Positions 51,701 through 63,400 of a stretch of DNA of 64,000 nucleotides are shown here, in pieces. Location of the stretch: NCBI GenBank assembly GCA_963823665.1, contig CAWGMQ010000010.1, positions 384,001-448,000 on the forward strand, in the 5' to 3' direction. The position numbers and the translations under genes are program-made. Positions within the stretch are counted from its first letter, which is position 1. Each line of letters starts with the position of its first letter. A model generated the notes under the pieces. That model saw only the letters and a list, made by a program, of their open reading frames with translations. It did no database searches and had not been told where the DNA came from. This stretch comes from an uncultured Planctomycetota bacterium (GTDB lineage: Bacteria > Planctomycetota > Planctomycetia > Isosphaerales > Isosphaeraceae).

Positions 51701-54447
51701 GTTCGGCGACTCGACTGACATGGGCCCGATGAGTGTTTCGATCAACGTCGTCGACTTACCCGCCGGGCCGGTGCTGGCGCGGACCTGCACGGTTTCCGAC
51801 GGCCCCGAGCTGGTGCGGAGCGTCTGGCTCGACGTCGCGCCGGCTCTCACGAAACTGGGAATGGCCGCCGTGGTGCAAGCCAACTATGGCATCCAGGCCG
51901 GCGTCATCGGCGTCACGCTCCAGCAGGCGGAAGGACCGGTGTCTGAGTACCAGGCTCAATTGATCGCGATCAATCGCGGGCCAGTGGGGCCGGTGGGCCG
52001 CTCGTCTTCCCCCGTGGTCTCAATCGACTTGCCGGAACTCGAGGCCGGCGCCTACACGCTGCGCGCGGCCAACCTCGACTCTTCCCGAGGTGATCGATGG
52101 CGACTGGACCGAATGGCACCCCGCGACACCCTTCAACGTGCCGCCGCCGCCCACGAACCTGGCCCTGGCGTGGGACCCTTCGCAGCCTCAGCACGGCGCT
52201 GTGGTGGTGACCTTCGACTCCGGCGCGGAGGTCCTTCAGGCGCAACTGGTAGTAAACGGCGTGCCGACTGGCGGTTCGGCCGGACTCTATGTGGCGCCGG
52301 GGGATGCGCACCGGCTGACGATGAATCTACCTCGGCCGGAACACCTGGCGGCGGGCGCCATCGGCGTGCGCGTGCGGTCCGCCGGAAACCCTCCGTTCAC
52401 GATTTCCGGCGCCTGGGTGAAGTCGCCCTCCACCCTTGCGAACCCGGGACCGGCCACCGTCTTGAGCGCTCGATATGACCCGGCGTCGCAGGGCGTCCGA
52501 GTCACTCTCCGGCCACCGAACGGAGTCGTGTCGGAGTACCAGGCTCAGCTCGTCGCGATCGATCGCGGGCCGGTCGAACCAGTGGGCCACTCATCCACGA
52601 CGGAGGTGTTGATGAGTGTGGCGCGCCTGACGCCCGGCAACTACACGGTGCGGGCACGTGCGACCTCGTCGATGGATGGCGACTGGAGTTCGTGGCTCCC
52701 CGCCACGCCACTCACGATGCCCCCGGCGCCGGGCCACGTGGACCTGGCATGGAACCATGAGTTCGACGCCGTCGTCGTGAGCTTCGACCGCGCTCCCGGC
52801 GTTCCGACTTTCGAAGGGCAACTTCTGATCGGTGGTGTTGCGGTCGGCAATCCCGTCGGCATTGGCATGGCGCCTGGGGATCCGGCCCGGGGCACAGTGA
52901 ACATCCCTCTGCCCGACACCCTGCCCGACAACCTATCTGCCGGCGCCCTAGGCGCGTGGGTGCGCTCGAGCGGACCCACCCCGCAGACGATTCCCGGCGT
53001 TTGGCTGTCGTCGCCGAACACGCTCACTCGGCTTCCGGCGTATGGTCAGCCGAGCCTCCGACACGAGAGCGACTCGGCCGAACTCGAGGCCGTCTGGCCG
53101 ACGGCGGCGAGCGCAGTGCGGCTCGAGGTGCAACTTCTTGCGGGCCAGACTCCATTCGGGTGGAAGATGGTCGTCGAATCGCCGCGGGAGCCCGGGCCGA
53201 TTCGCGCCTCGTTCAAATTTGGCGACACTCTCCCGGGCGGCCCGGTCCGGGTACGGTTCCGCCTGGTCTCGGCTGACGGGCAGGGCGTTCCCGGTCCGTG
53301 GACGATCTCGGACGCGCACATTACTCGCCTCCATCCCCCGAGCATTGCCGGAACGTCGTGCGTAGACGGGATCTTGACTGTGAACGTGAATGTGACCCCC
53401 GACCCCGGCATGTCGCGCTGCGGACTGGAGCTTTCGAGCGGGTTCCTCCCGCCGGGCTTCTTCTACTCGGGACTGCCGGTCTCCTTCGCGATCGACACGG
53501 CCAACGGTTTTCCGGGCGATTACTGGCCGAAAGTTTGGGCGATCGGTCGGAAAGACGTCGCGATCAACAGTATCACCGTGGACGGCGCCTCGGTTGTGAC
53601 CCTGCTGGGAAAAACGTCGATCAAGGGGGCCAGATTCGGTTCCGGCAAGATCTACCTCTCCTGGAACAAGGTCGAAGGGCCCTTCCCCGGTACTGCCGGC
53701 GTGGGGCCGCCCGACGCCTACGTGGTGAGGGTCGTTGACGGGAACGGTGGGTCGGTCGCGGGGCACCGTGTCGAGGCAGCGGGCGGCGTGCCGCCAGCCA
53801 CCGCAGCCGCATTTGATGCCGCGCTTCAGCCAGGTGCCGTCTATCGGGCTTCGGTGCAGCTTGTCGGCCGGTCCGGCTCGGGGCACTGGAGCGATCCGGC
53901 GGATCTGCTCGCGTTCGACCCGGCGGATGTGACGGTGCTCGACCCGCCGGTGGGGCTGAACTTTACCTACGAGAACCCGAACGCGCGGGCGCGCTGGACG
54001 GCCCCGCCGATCGCAGGCGCTGTGAGCTATGAGCTGGAGCTGCGCGACGGTGATGGCCGGCCGGTGATGCAAGGCATAGGCGTTCCATCCGGGACGGAGG
54101 CCCTGATCTATTACTTTTCCTTCGCGCAGGTCGACCTGCCCTATACGGGAGTCGTCCGCACGAAGATCGGCACGGGCGCAAGCCGCTGGAGCAGACCCGC
54201 GGTGCTCTGGAACCCGGCGAGCCCGTCATATGCGCTGGCGCAAGGCCTGCGAGGGCAGCGGGCTGAGGACGTCGCCATTCAGATCCGGGGTGCTTACCCG
54301 TTCATTACCGCCACCGCGACGGCCCACATCGTCTTGTACTTGTTCCCGGATTCGGCTCGCAACGTGATCGAGGAGGCGCTGACGCGGGCCTCATTTTTCC
54401 TGGGCCAGATCTATTCGGCGATCGCCGCTGTGTTCCCCGGCAACTGA
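45789..54447 (+). CDS. Giant (~2,900 aa) protein: beta-rich repeat N-half, helical/Ala-rich hydrophobic segment, FN3-like repeats, helical C-cap; three apparent frameshifts
   Basis: ORFs 45789..46244, 46211..(46727), 46743..(52065) and 52090..54447 chain by single shifts in GC/GCGC runs. FN3-like W...Y...W-S patterns follow ~50360. No signal peptide. Confidence 0.75.
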
Positions 54448-54478
54448 GGGGTGTGCGCCTTCTGAAACGAGAGCCCCC

Positions 54479-54754
54479 ATGTGCAGAAACATCAAGACGC
54501 TATTCAACTTTGAGCCGCCCGCGACGGAAGCGGAGATTCGGGACGCATCGCTCCAATTCGTGAGAAAGATCTGTGGATTCACCAGTCCATCCAAAGCAAA
54601 CGAACTTGCGTTCGAGCGCGCGGTCGAAGAAGTTACGGCATCAGCCAGAGCACTTATTCGATCGTTGGTCACCACGGCTGAGCCGCGCAACCGCGAGGTT
54701 GAATCTGAGAAACTACGGGCCCGGTCCGCCGTGAGGTTCGGGCCGAAGCAATGA
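54479..54754 (+). CDS. DUF2277-family small protein
   Basis: MCRNIKTLFNFEPPAT..EI..ASLQFVRKI.G. Confidence 0.85.
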   Translation: MCRNIKTLFNFEPPATEAEIRDASLQFVRKICGFTSPSKANELAFERAVEEVTASARALIRSLVTTAEPRNREVESEKLRARSAVRFGPKQ

Positions 54755-54914
54755 GAGTCCGTTCATCATCTTCACTTTCACTTGTGTTTCGGCGCGTGCC
54801 GTGCAGAGAATTGACGCAGGACAAGTGATTCCGTACTCGCTCCTCGACGCATCGATTATGTCACCGATCAGAATGTGCCTGTGTCTGGAATCCCCCAGCT
54901 TCGGGTCGGGGGCC

Positions 54915-55935
54915 ATGGCAAGGCGATTAGATCGCGCCGAGCCGGTGCTTCTTCATCCCCAGAGAACCGTGCCGCGCCGGCAACGTCTGTTCGCGCCGGG
55001 ATCGACGCGCTCGAGGCTCGAGTGCAGCTCAACGGGGCTTCGGGCGGGGTTCAGATCGGCGTCGATCAAACCACGGCGAATCTCCTGTACCAGGACTTCA
55101 TGAACAATTCGCAGGTCCCTTCCGGCAATACCGGCAACGTCGCCGCGCGCATCGCGGGCACGCTCAGTCCGCAGTATCTTGCGGCCGTCCAGGAAAAGAT
55201 CGACGACCTGCGCTGGACGGCCGGCGATCCAGGAACGATCACCCTTCGCAGGCCAGCGTCAGCGTGACTCAGAACGGCGTGCCGCAACCCGTGACGATCG
55301 AGGACGCGGAGGCAGCCGGTCAGGGTATCGTAGGGACGGCGATCACTTGGATCCTGCCGTCCACCCCCACCGGAGAGCAGCCGGCCACGTACTCGGTGAC
55401 GATCAGCGGCATTCTGAATGCGAACCATCAGCCGCTCCCGGACATCTCCTACACGACAACGACGTTCGTTCCGACGCCCACCACGGCGACCTTGACCTCG
55501 CAGGTGGAATTCCTGGCGCCGACAAACCAGACCGCCTTCGGGTCCGCGACGTCGACGGTCACTTTGGCGCGGAGCTTGAGCGTCGCTGCGCCGCTTTCGG
55601 TGATCGTCCAGGGAAACGGAGTTTCCCAGGAGGTTGACTTTGCCGCGGGCCAGGCCTACGCCACCGCCATCTTGCCGACCGGATCATTCACCCTGACCGA
55701 CCCCCAGGGCGGCGTCGTCGCACCTGGCGGAGGCACGACCCAGGTCGTGCCCTCGAACGCCGGCGGTCGTCGGCTAGGGGAGGAGACGAGACCCAATCTT
55801 TCAAGTGGGTTCCGGCGAAAGCCAGGGACAGGTGACTCGCACCGGTTCGCATCCCGCGATTGCTCCCTTGCGGCCGATGCCGCGCGCAGCAGGCGCCGTA
55901 GCACGCGCGGCAAGCAATCGTGCGCGCTTGGGTAG
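54915..55935 (+). pseudogene. Frameshifted planctomycete surface protein with an LEPR-XLL-type leader
   Basis: Basic N-terminus ...RRQRLFAPG shifts frame to IDALEARVQL. Downstream Thr-rich beta/Calx-like segment (VDFAAGQAYATA). At least two shifts. Confidence 0.5.
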
Positions 55936-56097
55936 GTCGCCTGCGCTTGCACGCGTCCGTTGACGTCTCGGATTTCGCCTTTTTCGACGCTGTCCTTGGC
56001 ACTTGCAAGTCGATTGCCGGTTTACGATCATGACACCGCTATCGGTTGGCGATCCCGGGTTTGCGACCGACCCCCTGTGAAGACGAGGCGAGTAGCG

Positions 56098-57054
56098 ATG
56101 AAGATTGTGATTCTGGACGGACGGCCGATGTTCGCGGATCGCGCAGGTTGGTCGGGGCTGGACCAATTCGGCGAAGTCGAACTGTACCAGGCCAGCTCTG
56201 CCGAGGAGGTCCCCTCGCGTGCCAGCGGCGCCGAGATTCTGATCACGAACAAGGCACCGATCCGAGCGGAATTGATCGCTGGGTCGGAGGTCCTGCGGTT
56301 TATCTCGGTGACGGCCACGGGATTCGACTGTGTGGATATCGCGGCCGCGCGCAAGCGAGGGATTCCGGTCTCCAACGTGCCGATTTATGGAACGCGGTCG
56401 GTCGGGCAGTATGTCCTTGCGCTCTTGCTCGAGCTCTGCCACCACGTCAGCCTCCACGACCAAGCCGTCCGGGCTCTGGAGTGGACCAACCAACCCGACT
56501 TCTCGATCCGGAAAACGCCGCTCATCGAGCTGGCCGGCAAGACCATGGGGATCGTGGGATTGGGCCGAATCGGCGAGTGCACGGCCGAGCTGGCGCAGGC
56601 GTTCGGGATGAAGGTCCTGGCATATGATTCCTTTCAAAGACCCTTGCCGCCGGGTCTTTCCGTGGAATGGTGCGAGGTCGACGACCTATTTGCACGATCC
56701 GATGCGATCAGCCTTCATTGCCCGCTCACGCCGCAAACGGCCGGGCTGGTCAATCGTGCCCGGCTCGCGAAGATGAAGCCGACGGCATTCCTGATCAATA
56801 CCGCGCGCGGTCCGCTGATCGTCGATGCCGACCTGGCCCAGGCGCTCGAAGAAGGACGCCTCGCCGGCGCGGCTGTGGACGTCGTGTCGGTTGAGCCGAT
56901 TCGACCGGATAATCCCCTGCTCAAAGCCCCGCGCTGCATCATCACGCCGCACATCGCCTGGGCGACGGCCGAGGCGCGGAGCAGGCTAATGGAATCAACA
57001 ATCGCGAACGTGGCGGCATTCCTGGCTGGGGAGCCGGTGAACGTGGTGAACTGA
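56098..57054 (+). CDS. D-2-hydroxyacid dehydrogenase (glycerate dehydrogenase/HprA-like)
   Basis: MKIVILDG, ATGFDCVD, GIVGLGRIG, SLHCPLT, INTARG, ITPHIAW. Confidence 0.92.
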   Translation: MKIVILDGRPMFADRAGWSGLDQFGEVELYQASSAEEVPSRASGAEILITNKAPIRAELIAGSEVLRFISVTATGFDCVDIAAARKRGIPVSNVPIYGTRSVGQYVLALLLELCHHVSLHDQAVRALEWTNQPDFSIRKTPLIELAGKTMGIVGLGRIGECTAELAQAFGMKVLAYDSFQRPLPPGLSVEWCEVDDLFARSDAISLHCPLTPQTAGLVNRARLAKMKPTAFLINTARGPLIVDADLAQALEEGRLAGAAVDVVSVEPIRPDNPLLKAPRCIITPHIAWATAEARSRLMESTIANVAAFLAGEPVNVVN

Positions 57055-57055
57055 T

Positions 57056-58105
57056 CTACCGCGTCTCGCGAACCAAAGTCGCAGTCTGGATCCGGCTGGG
57101 GATCTTGGTTGCGTGCGGGTCGTTGTCGTACGTGATGATGAGCTTGACCGAAGTTCGCTCGGCGGTTTTCTCGACACCGAGGATTGCCAGGCCCTCGCAC
57201 TTCATCGCCACCTCGAATGTCGCGACCTTGCGGGCCTGGGCGGTCTCGCCGTCGGGGATGAACCAAAGGGTGTTGCCGTGGAAGGCGTTTTCCTCGTCTT
57301 CGGAGGCCGTGACGACCAGTGATCCGCCGAGCGCGGGCACGTGCTCTAGCGAGGTGAGCTCCGATGGCGATCCCTCTCGCGATTCGGCGGTGAATGAAAA
57401 CGCGGGCTTGAGCTCCAGTTCCGCGTCCGGTGACGGTGCGCTCGAGATATCGCACTGGAAGACACGCACCTTGTCGGTCGGCGCTCGCAAGCCGACCAGC
57501 AGCTCGCGCTTGAGCGCGCCGTCGGCGTTTTTAGACTCGCGAATCGCAAGACCTTCGACTTTTCGCTTGGCGACGGCGCCGGGGGCGAGGCCCTCGCTCT
57601 TGAGATTCGCCTCGAGTGAGCGGGCGACGTGCCAGCTTACGACGGAAGTGTCATCGATGGCCGGCGAATCACCCTCGCTCACGCGAAATCGGAGCAGCAC
57701 GCTTTTTGACGCTCGTTCTTCATCCGTCTTGCCGACGTGGGCACCGATCAAGTACAGGTTCCCCTCGCTGTCGCGCGCCATGCCTTCCCATTTCGGGCCG
57801 CCCAGCCACGAAGCCGCTGGAAATTTCGGAGAGGTGATCGGCTCGCCGAGGACGCTTCCGGTCGCGGCGTCGACGACGAAAAGCGCCGGATGTTTGTCGT
57901 GCGCGACCAGCAGACGCCGGCCGTCGCCGATCGGCTCGACGCCCGACGGCTCGATCATGCGGTCGAGCTTTCCACCGACCAAAAGCGGCACGGGCACGCT
58001 CGTCGCCTCGAGGCGAAGCTCTTGCGCGACGACCGGCGAATGCATCGCGGTCCAAAGTCCAATGACGAGCGCGGCACAAGACGAAGTCTTGGTACGAAAT
58101 TCCAT
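57056..58105 (-). CDS. Secreted beta-propeller-like protein (DUF3616-like)
   Basis: Signal peptide. Repeated EPSG / WEGMA / VEGLA / CEGLA blades. Confidence 0.65.
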   Translation of the reverse strand: MEFRTKTSSCAALVIGLWTAMHSPVVAQELRLEATSVPVPLLVGGKLDRMIEPSGVEPIGDGRRLLVAHDKHPALFVVDAATGSVLGEPITSPKFPAASWLGGPKWEGMARDSEGNLYLIGAHVGKTDEERASKSVLLRFRVSEGDSPAIDDTSVVSWHVARSLEANLKSEGLAPGAVAKRKVEGLAIRESKNADGALKRELLVGLRAPTDKVRVFQCDISSAPSPDAELELKPAFSFTAESREGSPSELTSLEHVPALGGSLVVTASEDEENAFHGNTLWFIPDGETAQARKVATFEVAMKCEGLAILGVEKTAERTSVKLIITYDNDPHATKIPSRIQTATLVRETR

Positions 58106-58198
58106 GGCTGTATCCTTCAATGGTGCGAGGCGGGGGTGTCCAGGCGCGGGAGCGGTCGGTCGGTTTATCACGAAATTCGCAGTCGCGGAAAGCGGCGT

Positions 58199-58624
58199 TC
58201 ATGGAATGGCAAAGGTGAACTCTTTGTTCTCGGCCGAGACGTCGGCTTCGAACTTCGATGACCCCCCGTCCGCATACTTCTTGGGGACGGCGGGCTTCGC
58301 CTTCGGGTCGGTGCCGATGATGGAAACCCGGTGATGGCCGGGGACAACTCCATCACCTTCTTTGAGCGTGGTGAGCGCGAACGTACCGTCCGGTTGCAGC
58401 TTGCCCGTGGCCGGCCGGCCGTAATCTTCGGGCTCGAATCGAACGGTTCCGGTCGTGAGCGGTTGACCTTTGAACGTGACTTTGCCCGTGACAGGCACCA
58501 GGCTGGGCATCGTTCCTGAGCCGCTGGCACCGCAGCCAATGCACGAACCGAGCAGGACGGAGGCCAGCATCGGGAACCTGAGAGCGCGGTAGAGGGCAAT
58601 TCGCTTCGTGAGCTCGGAAGACAT
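58199..58624 (-). CDS. Planctomycete lipoprotein with a carboxypeptidase-regulatory-like fold (usual DUF1559 partner)
   Basis: IGC lipobox, VPVTGKVTFKGQPL, DGTFALTT...DG..PG.HRV, VPKKY. Confidence 0.85.
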   Translation of the reverse strand: MSSELTKRIALYRALRFPMLASVLLGSCIGCGASGSGTMPSLVPVTGKVTFKGQPLTTGTVRFEPEDYGRPATGKLQPDGTFALTTLKEGDGVVPGHHRVSIIGTDPKAKPAVPKKYADGGSSKFEADVSAENKEFTFAIP

Positions 58625-58731
58625 GACAGGTCGTCCTCTGATCGAGAGAAAAAGCGTGTGCGGCGAACGTTTCGGAACGACGCACACGCTCATTGGTGAT
58701 GATGTTCGGAAAGCGATACGATGCTTGGAGC

Positions 58732-59892
58732 TCAATACTGATCAGAGCTGACCACCTCGCCGCCAGCGACCGAGCCCAGGGCTTGCCACGTTACCGGACT
58801 GACAGAGTTCTTGACGAAATGGACGCTTCCATCCGCGAAGAGCGCGTTCACGCCGCTGGGGTGATAGCTGCTCGCACAGAGCGACATGTAGGTCGGGCTG
58901 CCATCGTTCTCGTCAATCGAGTCCCAATCCATCGGAAGAATCCGACCGGCATTGGCGAACCCAACTGCGCGACTGACGGTAGAGACTTGCATGTTCGGTG
59001 GCATCGCCGTGGTGATGCCGGAATAGTACACGCCGCCGTTAGCCCAGCGGGTGTGTCCGATCGGGCCGCCCGCTTTGACCTTTCCGGTCCCCGTGCCACA
59101 TGAGTTGATGAGGATTAACAGATCTGCAGCCGAATTAGGCCCGGGCAGCGGGACGTTGGTCGGGGTCCAGGTTCCGATATCCGGGGTCGACGGCGCCGCT
59201 GGCGAGTTCAAGCAGCTTCGCATCTGAGCGTGGCCGATGTAGCCCTCGGAGGCCATGAGCGTGTTGCTCAAACCGTCAGTCACCGCGGCGATCCTGCGCG
59301 AGTAGTTGGGGCCGAACAACGTGCGATTTTGCGGACCCACCACGTTCGTAGCACCCCAGATAATCGAGTAGACATACCAGTCGCCGTCAACAGTCCCGTA
59401 GCTCGTGGTGGCGTCACCAGTGCCGCCCAGCGACGCATCGTCGATGTGGCTGCCAGGGTCGCTCGGGCAGTAGAGGAAACTGAGTGGAGTGAACGACACA
59501 GTCGTGTTGGACCCGTCGCTGTAGGTATTGTCAAAGTTGATTGCGTTGAACATCGGGCTCTGCTCCATGAACGGAAGCGCCCGAGCGAACGCACTCCACG
59601 ACGACTGAAAACCTCCGCAGGTGATACTGATCGACCCGCCTCCAGGGGCGCCAGTCGGGCAGGGGACCAGGATCGTTGTCATCGAAAAGACGCCGTTTGA
59701 GCTTTCATAGTTCATGAAAGCCAGACCAATTTGCTTGAGGTTGTTGGTGCACTGGGCGCGACGCGCGGCTTCGCGTGCGGATTGCACGGCTGGTAGCAAG
59801 AGTGCGATCAGCACGGCGATGATCGCAATGACTACCAGCAGTTCGATCAGTGTGAATCCAGCCGGACGTCGGCTTGGACGGGTTTGATGCAT
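58732..59892 (-). CDS. DUF1559 prepilin-type N-terminal cleavage/methylation protein with H-X9-DG motif
   Basis: [72 protein letters not shown]. Confidence 0.95.
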   Translation of the reverse strand: MHQTRPSRRPAGFTLIELLVVIAIIAVLIALLLPAVQSAREAARRAQCTNNLKQIGLAFMNYESSNGVFSMTTILVPCPTGAPGGGSISITCGGFQSSWSAFARALPFMEQSPMFNAINFDNTYSDGSNTTVSFTPLSFLYCPSDPGSHIDDASLGGTGDATTSYGTVDGDWYVYSIIWGATNVVGPQNRTLFGPNYSRRIAAVTDGLSNTLMASEGYIGHAQMRSCLNSPAAPSTPDIGTWTPTNVPLPGPNSAADLLILINSCGTGTGKVKAGGPIGHTRWANGGVYYSGITTAMPPNMQVSTVSRAVGFANAGRILPMDWDSIDENDGSPTYMSLCASSYHPSGVNALFADGSVHFVKNSVSPVTWQALGSVAGGEVVSSDQY

Positions 59893-60383
59893 CGAGGCCA
59901 CTCCATGATTGAGACCAGAAGCGCGATCACTTAATCGCATGCACGGACAAAGAGTGTGAACGATTGGTGTGCGCGAACTCTGAAGAAGGTGTGAAGATCC
60001 AATGAATTGTCCGGTGTTCAGTCTCGTGTACTTAATTCTCTCGGGGAACTCGACGAGGAAGCGCGCGAGGACATGATCGGTGCGCGCCGGCGTGATCCGA
60101 CGGTGCGCAACTGGCGGGCCCGACATTGGATCTGTGCACGAATGAAATAGAGGGGGTTGCTCGTTCGCGACGGCGCGGGTCGACGGCTTGGCCACTTCTG
60201 GCCAGCGCTTGCGATTGCGCCGCCGCCTTTTCGGGGCGCCGCACTGACGTTCGGCCACAAGCCGTGCGACCGGTTGGATAGATACGACCAGGTTGGCGGT
60301 TTCGCCGCGACCGCACATTCCCGGGATCAGGTCAGGAATCAGTGCGGATCGGCCGCGGGCACGCCGCGGAGCGGCACGGGGAC

Positions 60384-60409
60384 CGTTCCCACGCAGGAGC
60401 GTGGGAACG
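60384..60409. repeat. REP-like palindrome
   Basis: CGTTCCCACGC-AGGA-GCGTGGGAACG just downstream of the adhesin stop. Confidence 0.6.
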
Positions 60410-60448
60410 AAACCCGAATGGTCGTGCGATCGTTTCAGGCGGGCGGGC

Positions 60449-63400
60449 TCATTTGCGGTCCGCCGCCTTCTTCACCGCCATTGGTCCGCCGTGCACGGCG
60501 TCGATCTTCACTCCGCCTTTCGAGATCACGGCAACGGCGTTGCTGCCGGCCGTACCGGTGTCGGCACCGTCGATCAGTCGACCCTCGGCGTCTTGCAGAC
60601 CGCCCGGCGCGGTGCCCTGGACGATCAACTCGATCGCCTTCGAGATCCGCGTTGGCGTCTTGAGCGTCAACGTGACCTCGTCGCTGGAGTAGGCCGCCTT
60701 CTTGACCTTGATCAGGTTCTTCTTCTTGGGAATGAACTGGCCTGACTTGTTGGCCACGATCAACTCGTAGAGAGCGGTGCTCATGGCCTGGGACCCGTTC
60801 AGGGCGCCGCTCCAGTCGACCTGGATCTGCTTCACCTGATGCTTGCTGTTGGTCACGAGGCCGACCGACTGGAGAGTAACCAGAGGCGGCGGCGGAGGTG
60901 TGGTCGCCTGAATCACGAGCATCGCCGTGGACTGGCTGCCCAGTTCGGCGTTGGTTCCAGGGTTGCTCAGGGCGATGGTTACTGTCAATCCCGTCGGGAG
61001 TGCGCCCGTGTTGATGACCGGAATCATTACCGTTTGACTGGTCTGCCCTGCGGCAAAGTTCAACACCTGGTTCACCGGTGTGTAATTGACGCCAGCGACT
61101 GCCGTGCCGGTCGTTGTCGCCACCCGGACCGAGACAGCCCCGGAGTAGCCGCTGGTGCGCACGACCTCGACCGCTGCTTCGCCCACGGTTTCGTTGACAG
61201 TCACCGTGCCGGTGGCAAATGCGACCTGGGCAGGCGGGGAGACGGTCACGGGGTTGGTGGTGACGCCGGTCAAGCCGGTGCTGGAGACCGAGATCGGCAC
61301 GGCTCCGTTCGACTCGGTGAGCAGCAACCCGCTGAAGGTCACTTCGCCGTTGGCGGCGGCGATCGACGTTAACCCGGTCAAGGTTGCGCCCGATCCGGCG
61401 GGCACGCTGGCGACGATCTGGCCGGTGTAAGGCGTGGCGATATTGCCGTAGGTGTCTTCGGCGGCAACGATGAACCCGAAGGCGGTGCCGGAGGTGATGA
61501 CCGACGGCGGTTCTGAGATCAGCACGAGGTGTGTCGCCGGCGCCGGATTGACGGTGATCGATCCCGTCGTGACGGGGGAGAGCCCGGTCGCACTTGCGGT
61601 CAAGGTGTAACCGGTCGCGGCGATCTCGGCGGTGATGAAGGCGTGGAAGTTGGCAACTCCGCCGACGGCGGCCACCGTGAGCGGCCCGCTCAAGGTGGCG
61701 TTGCCCGGATTGTTCTGAAGCGCGATCGTCACGTTGCCGGTGTATCCGGTCGCGAGGTTCCCGAATTGATCGAGAGCGGCGATGGCCAGGCCGAACTGAG
61801 AGCCTGAAGTCATGGTTGTCGGCGGCGGAATGTAGACGATCAGGGTCGTCGCTGTCGCGGGTGTGACGGTGATGGGCGCCGATGGCGGCGAAGTGAGCGT
61901 GCCGCTCGAGGCCGCAATCGTGTACGGACTTCCGGCTGTGTTCAACTGGAGGGTCGAGAACTGGGCCACGCCGCTCGCGGCCGGGGCGATCAGCGTTCCG
62001 CCCAGGACGCCCGTCCCCGGATCGTGCGACAGCGAGACAGCAACATTGCCGTGGAATCCTGTTGCCACGTTGCCGAAAATGTCCTCGGCGGTGATCGCCA
62101 TTCCAAAGGGACTGCCCGCGGTGACGCTCGAGGGCGGCTGGGTCGAGATGACGAACTGCGAAGCGGCCAGCGCAGTCACGGTGACGGCCGTGGTCGTGGC
62201 GGGTGTCAGTCCTGTACCGGAGACTTGAAGCGTGTAGCTGCCCGTCTTGGTGAGGATCAAGCCGCTCGCCGTGGCCACTCCGGCCGTGGCCGTCGCACTA
62301 TTGGCCCCGGTGAGCACGGCGCCGCTGGGCCCTGACAGCAGGCTGATCGTTTCGATGCCGTTGAAGCCGGTGGCGAGATTGCCGTACTGGTCCTCTGCGG
62401 TGATGACGAAGCCGAACTGGGAGCCCGCGGCCACGGTGGTTGCCGGCTCGGTCGTGATGAGAAGCTTCGCAGCCGGACCGGGGTTCACGGTGAAGGCGGT
62501 GCTTGTCGTGCCGGTCAGGCCGGGACTGACCACCGCAAGCGTATAGCCGCTGCCGACCGTGCCCACATTCAGATCAGAGAACGTGGCGACGCCGCCGACC
62601 GCCGTCACGGTGAGCGTGCCACCGAGCTGCGATGTCGGGCCGCTTGCCAGGGAGACCGTGACGCTGCCGTTGAAATCTCCGTCCGGATTGTTCATGGCGT
62701 CGAGCGCTGTGACCTGGAAGCTGAACGCCTGAGCGACGGTGACATTCGAGGGCGGCTCAACGGTGATTTCGAGCGCGACCGCGGGCGTCGGGGTGACGTC
62801 GATCGGGGTCGACGCCATCGAGGTGAGGTTGCCGGCACTCCCCTGGAGTGTGTAGCCGTTGCCGACCTCGGTGATCGACAGGTCGGTGAACGACGCGAGG
62901 CCGCTCACCAGGTTGGCGGTCGTGTCGCCTCCCAGACTGGCCAGATTGGGGTTGTGATCGAGTGTCACCGAGACCGACTCGTTCGAGCCGGTTTCGAGGT
63001 TTCCGTACTGGTCTTCGAGAGCCAGAGCCGCTCCGAAGGGGAAATTGTGAACGACCGAGGACGGCGGCTCCGCCGCCCACACCAACTGGGAGGCCGGAGC
63101 GGGATTGACCGTGATCGAGGTCGACATGGTCGACGTCAGCAGGGGTGTGCTGGTGGCGAGTATCTTGAACGTGCCGGTCGTGTCGATGGCCAGGCCCGAG
63201 AACGCCGCCTGACCGTTTGCCACGTTGAGCGTGGTGGTGCCCGTGAGCGTTCCGCCCGCGATCGAGACGGTCACCTGACCGGAGAAGCCGACGTCGACGT
63301 TGCCGTATGGGTCGAGCGCGGTGACATCCAGTCCGAACGTCTGGCCGGCGATGACACTCGATGGCGGCTCGTTCGCCTGCGTGATGACGAGGTGGTCGGC

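Noticed and set aside
42351..55935. Programmed frameshifting or true pseudogenisation of the EEP-HNH-giant operon
   Set aside because: No slippery heptamers, the shifts sit mostly in GC-dinucleotide runs, and no in-frame stops accumulate. Sequencing indels are the simpler explanation, though unproven.
57105..58334. 409-aa plus-strand ORF
   Set aside because: Ser-rich antisense shadow of the 57056..58105 gene.
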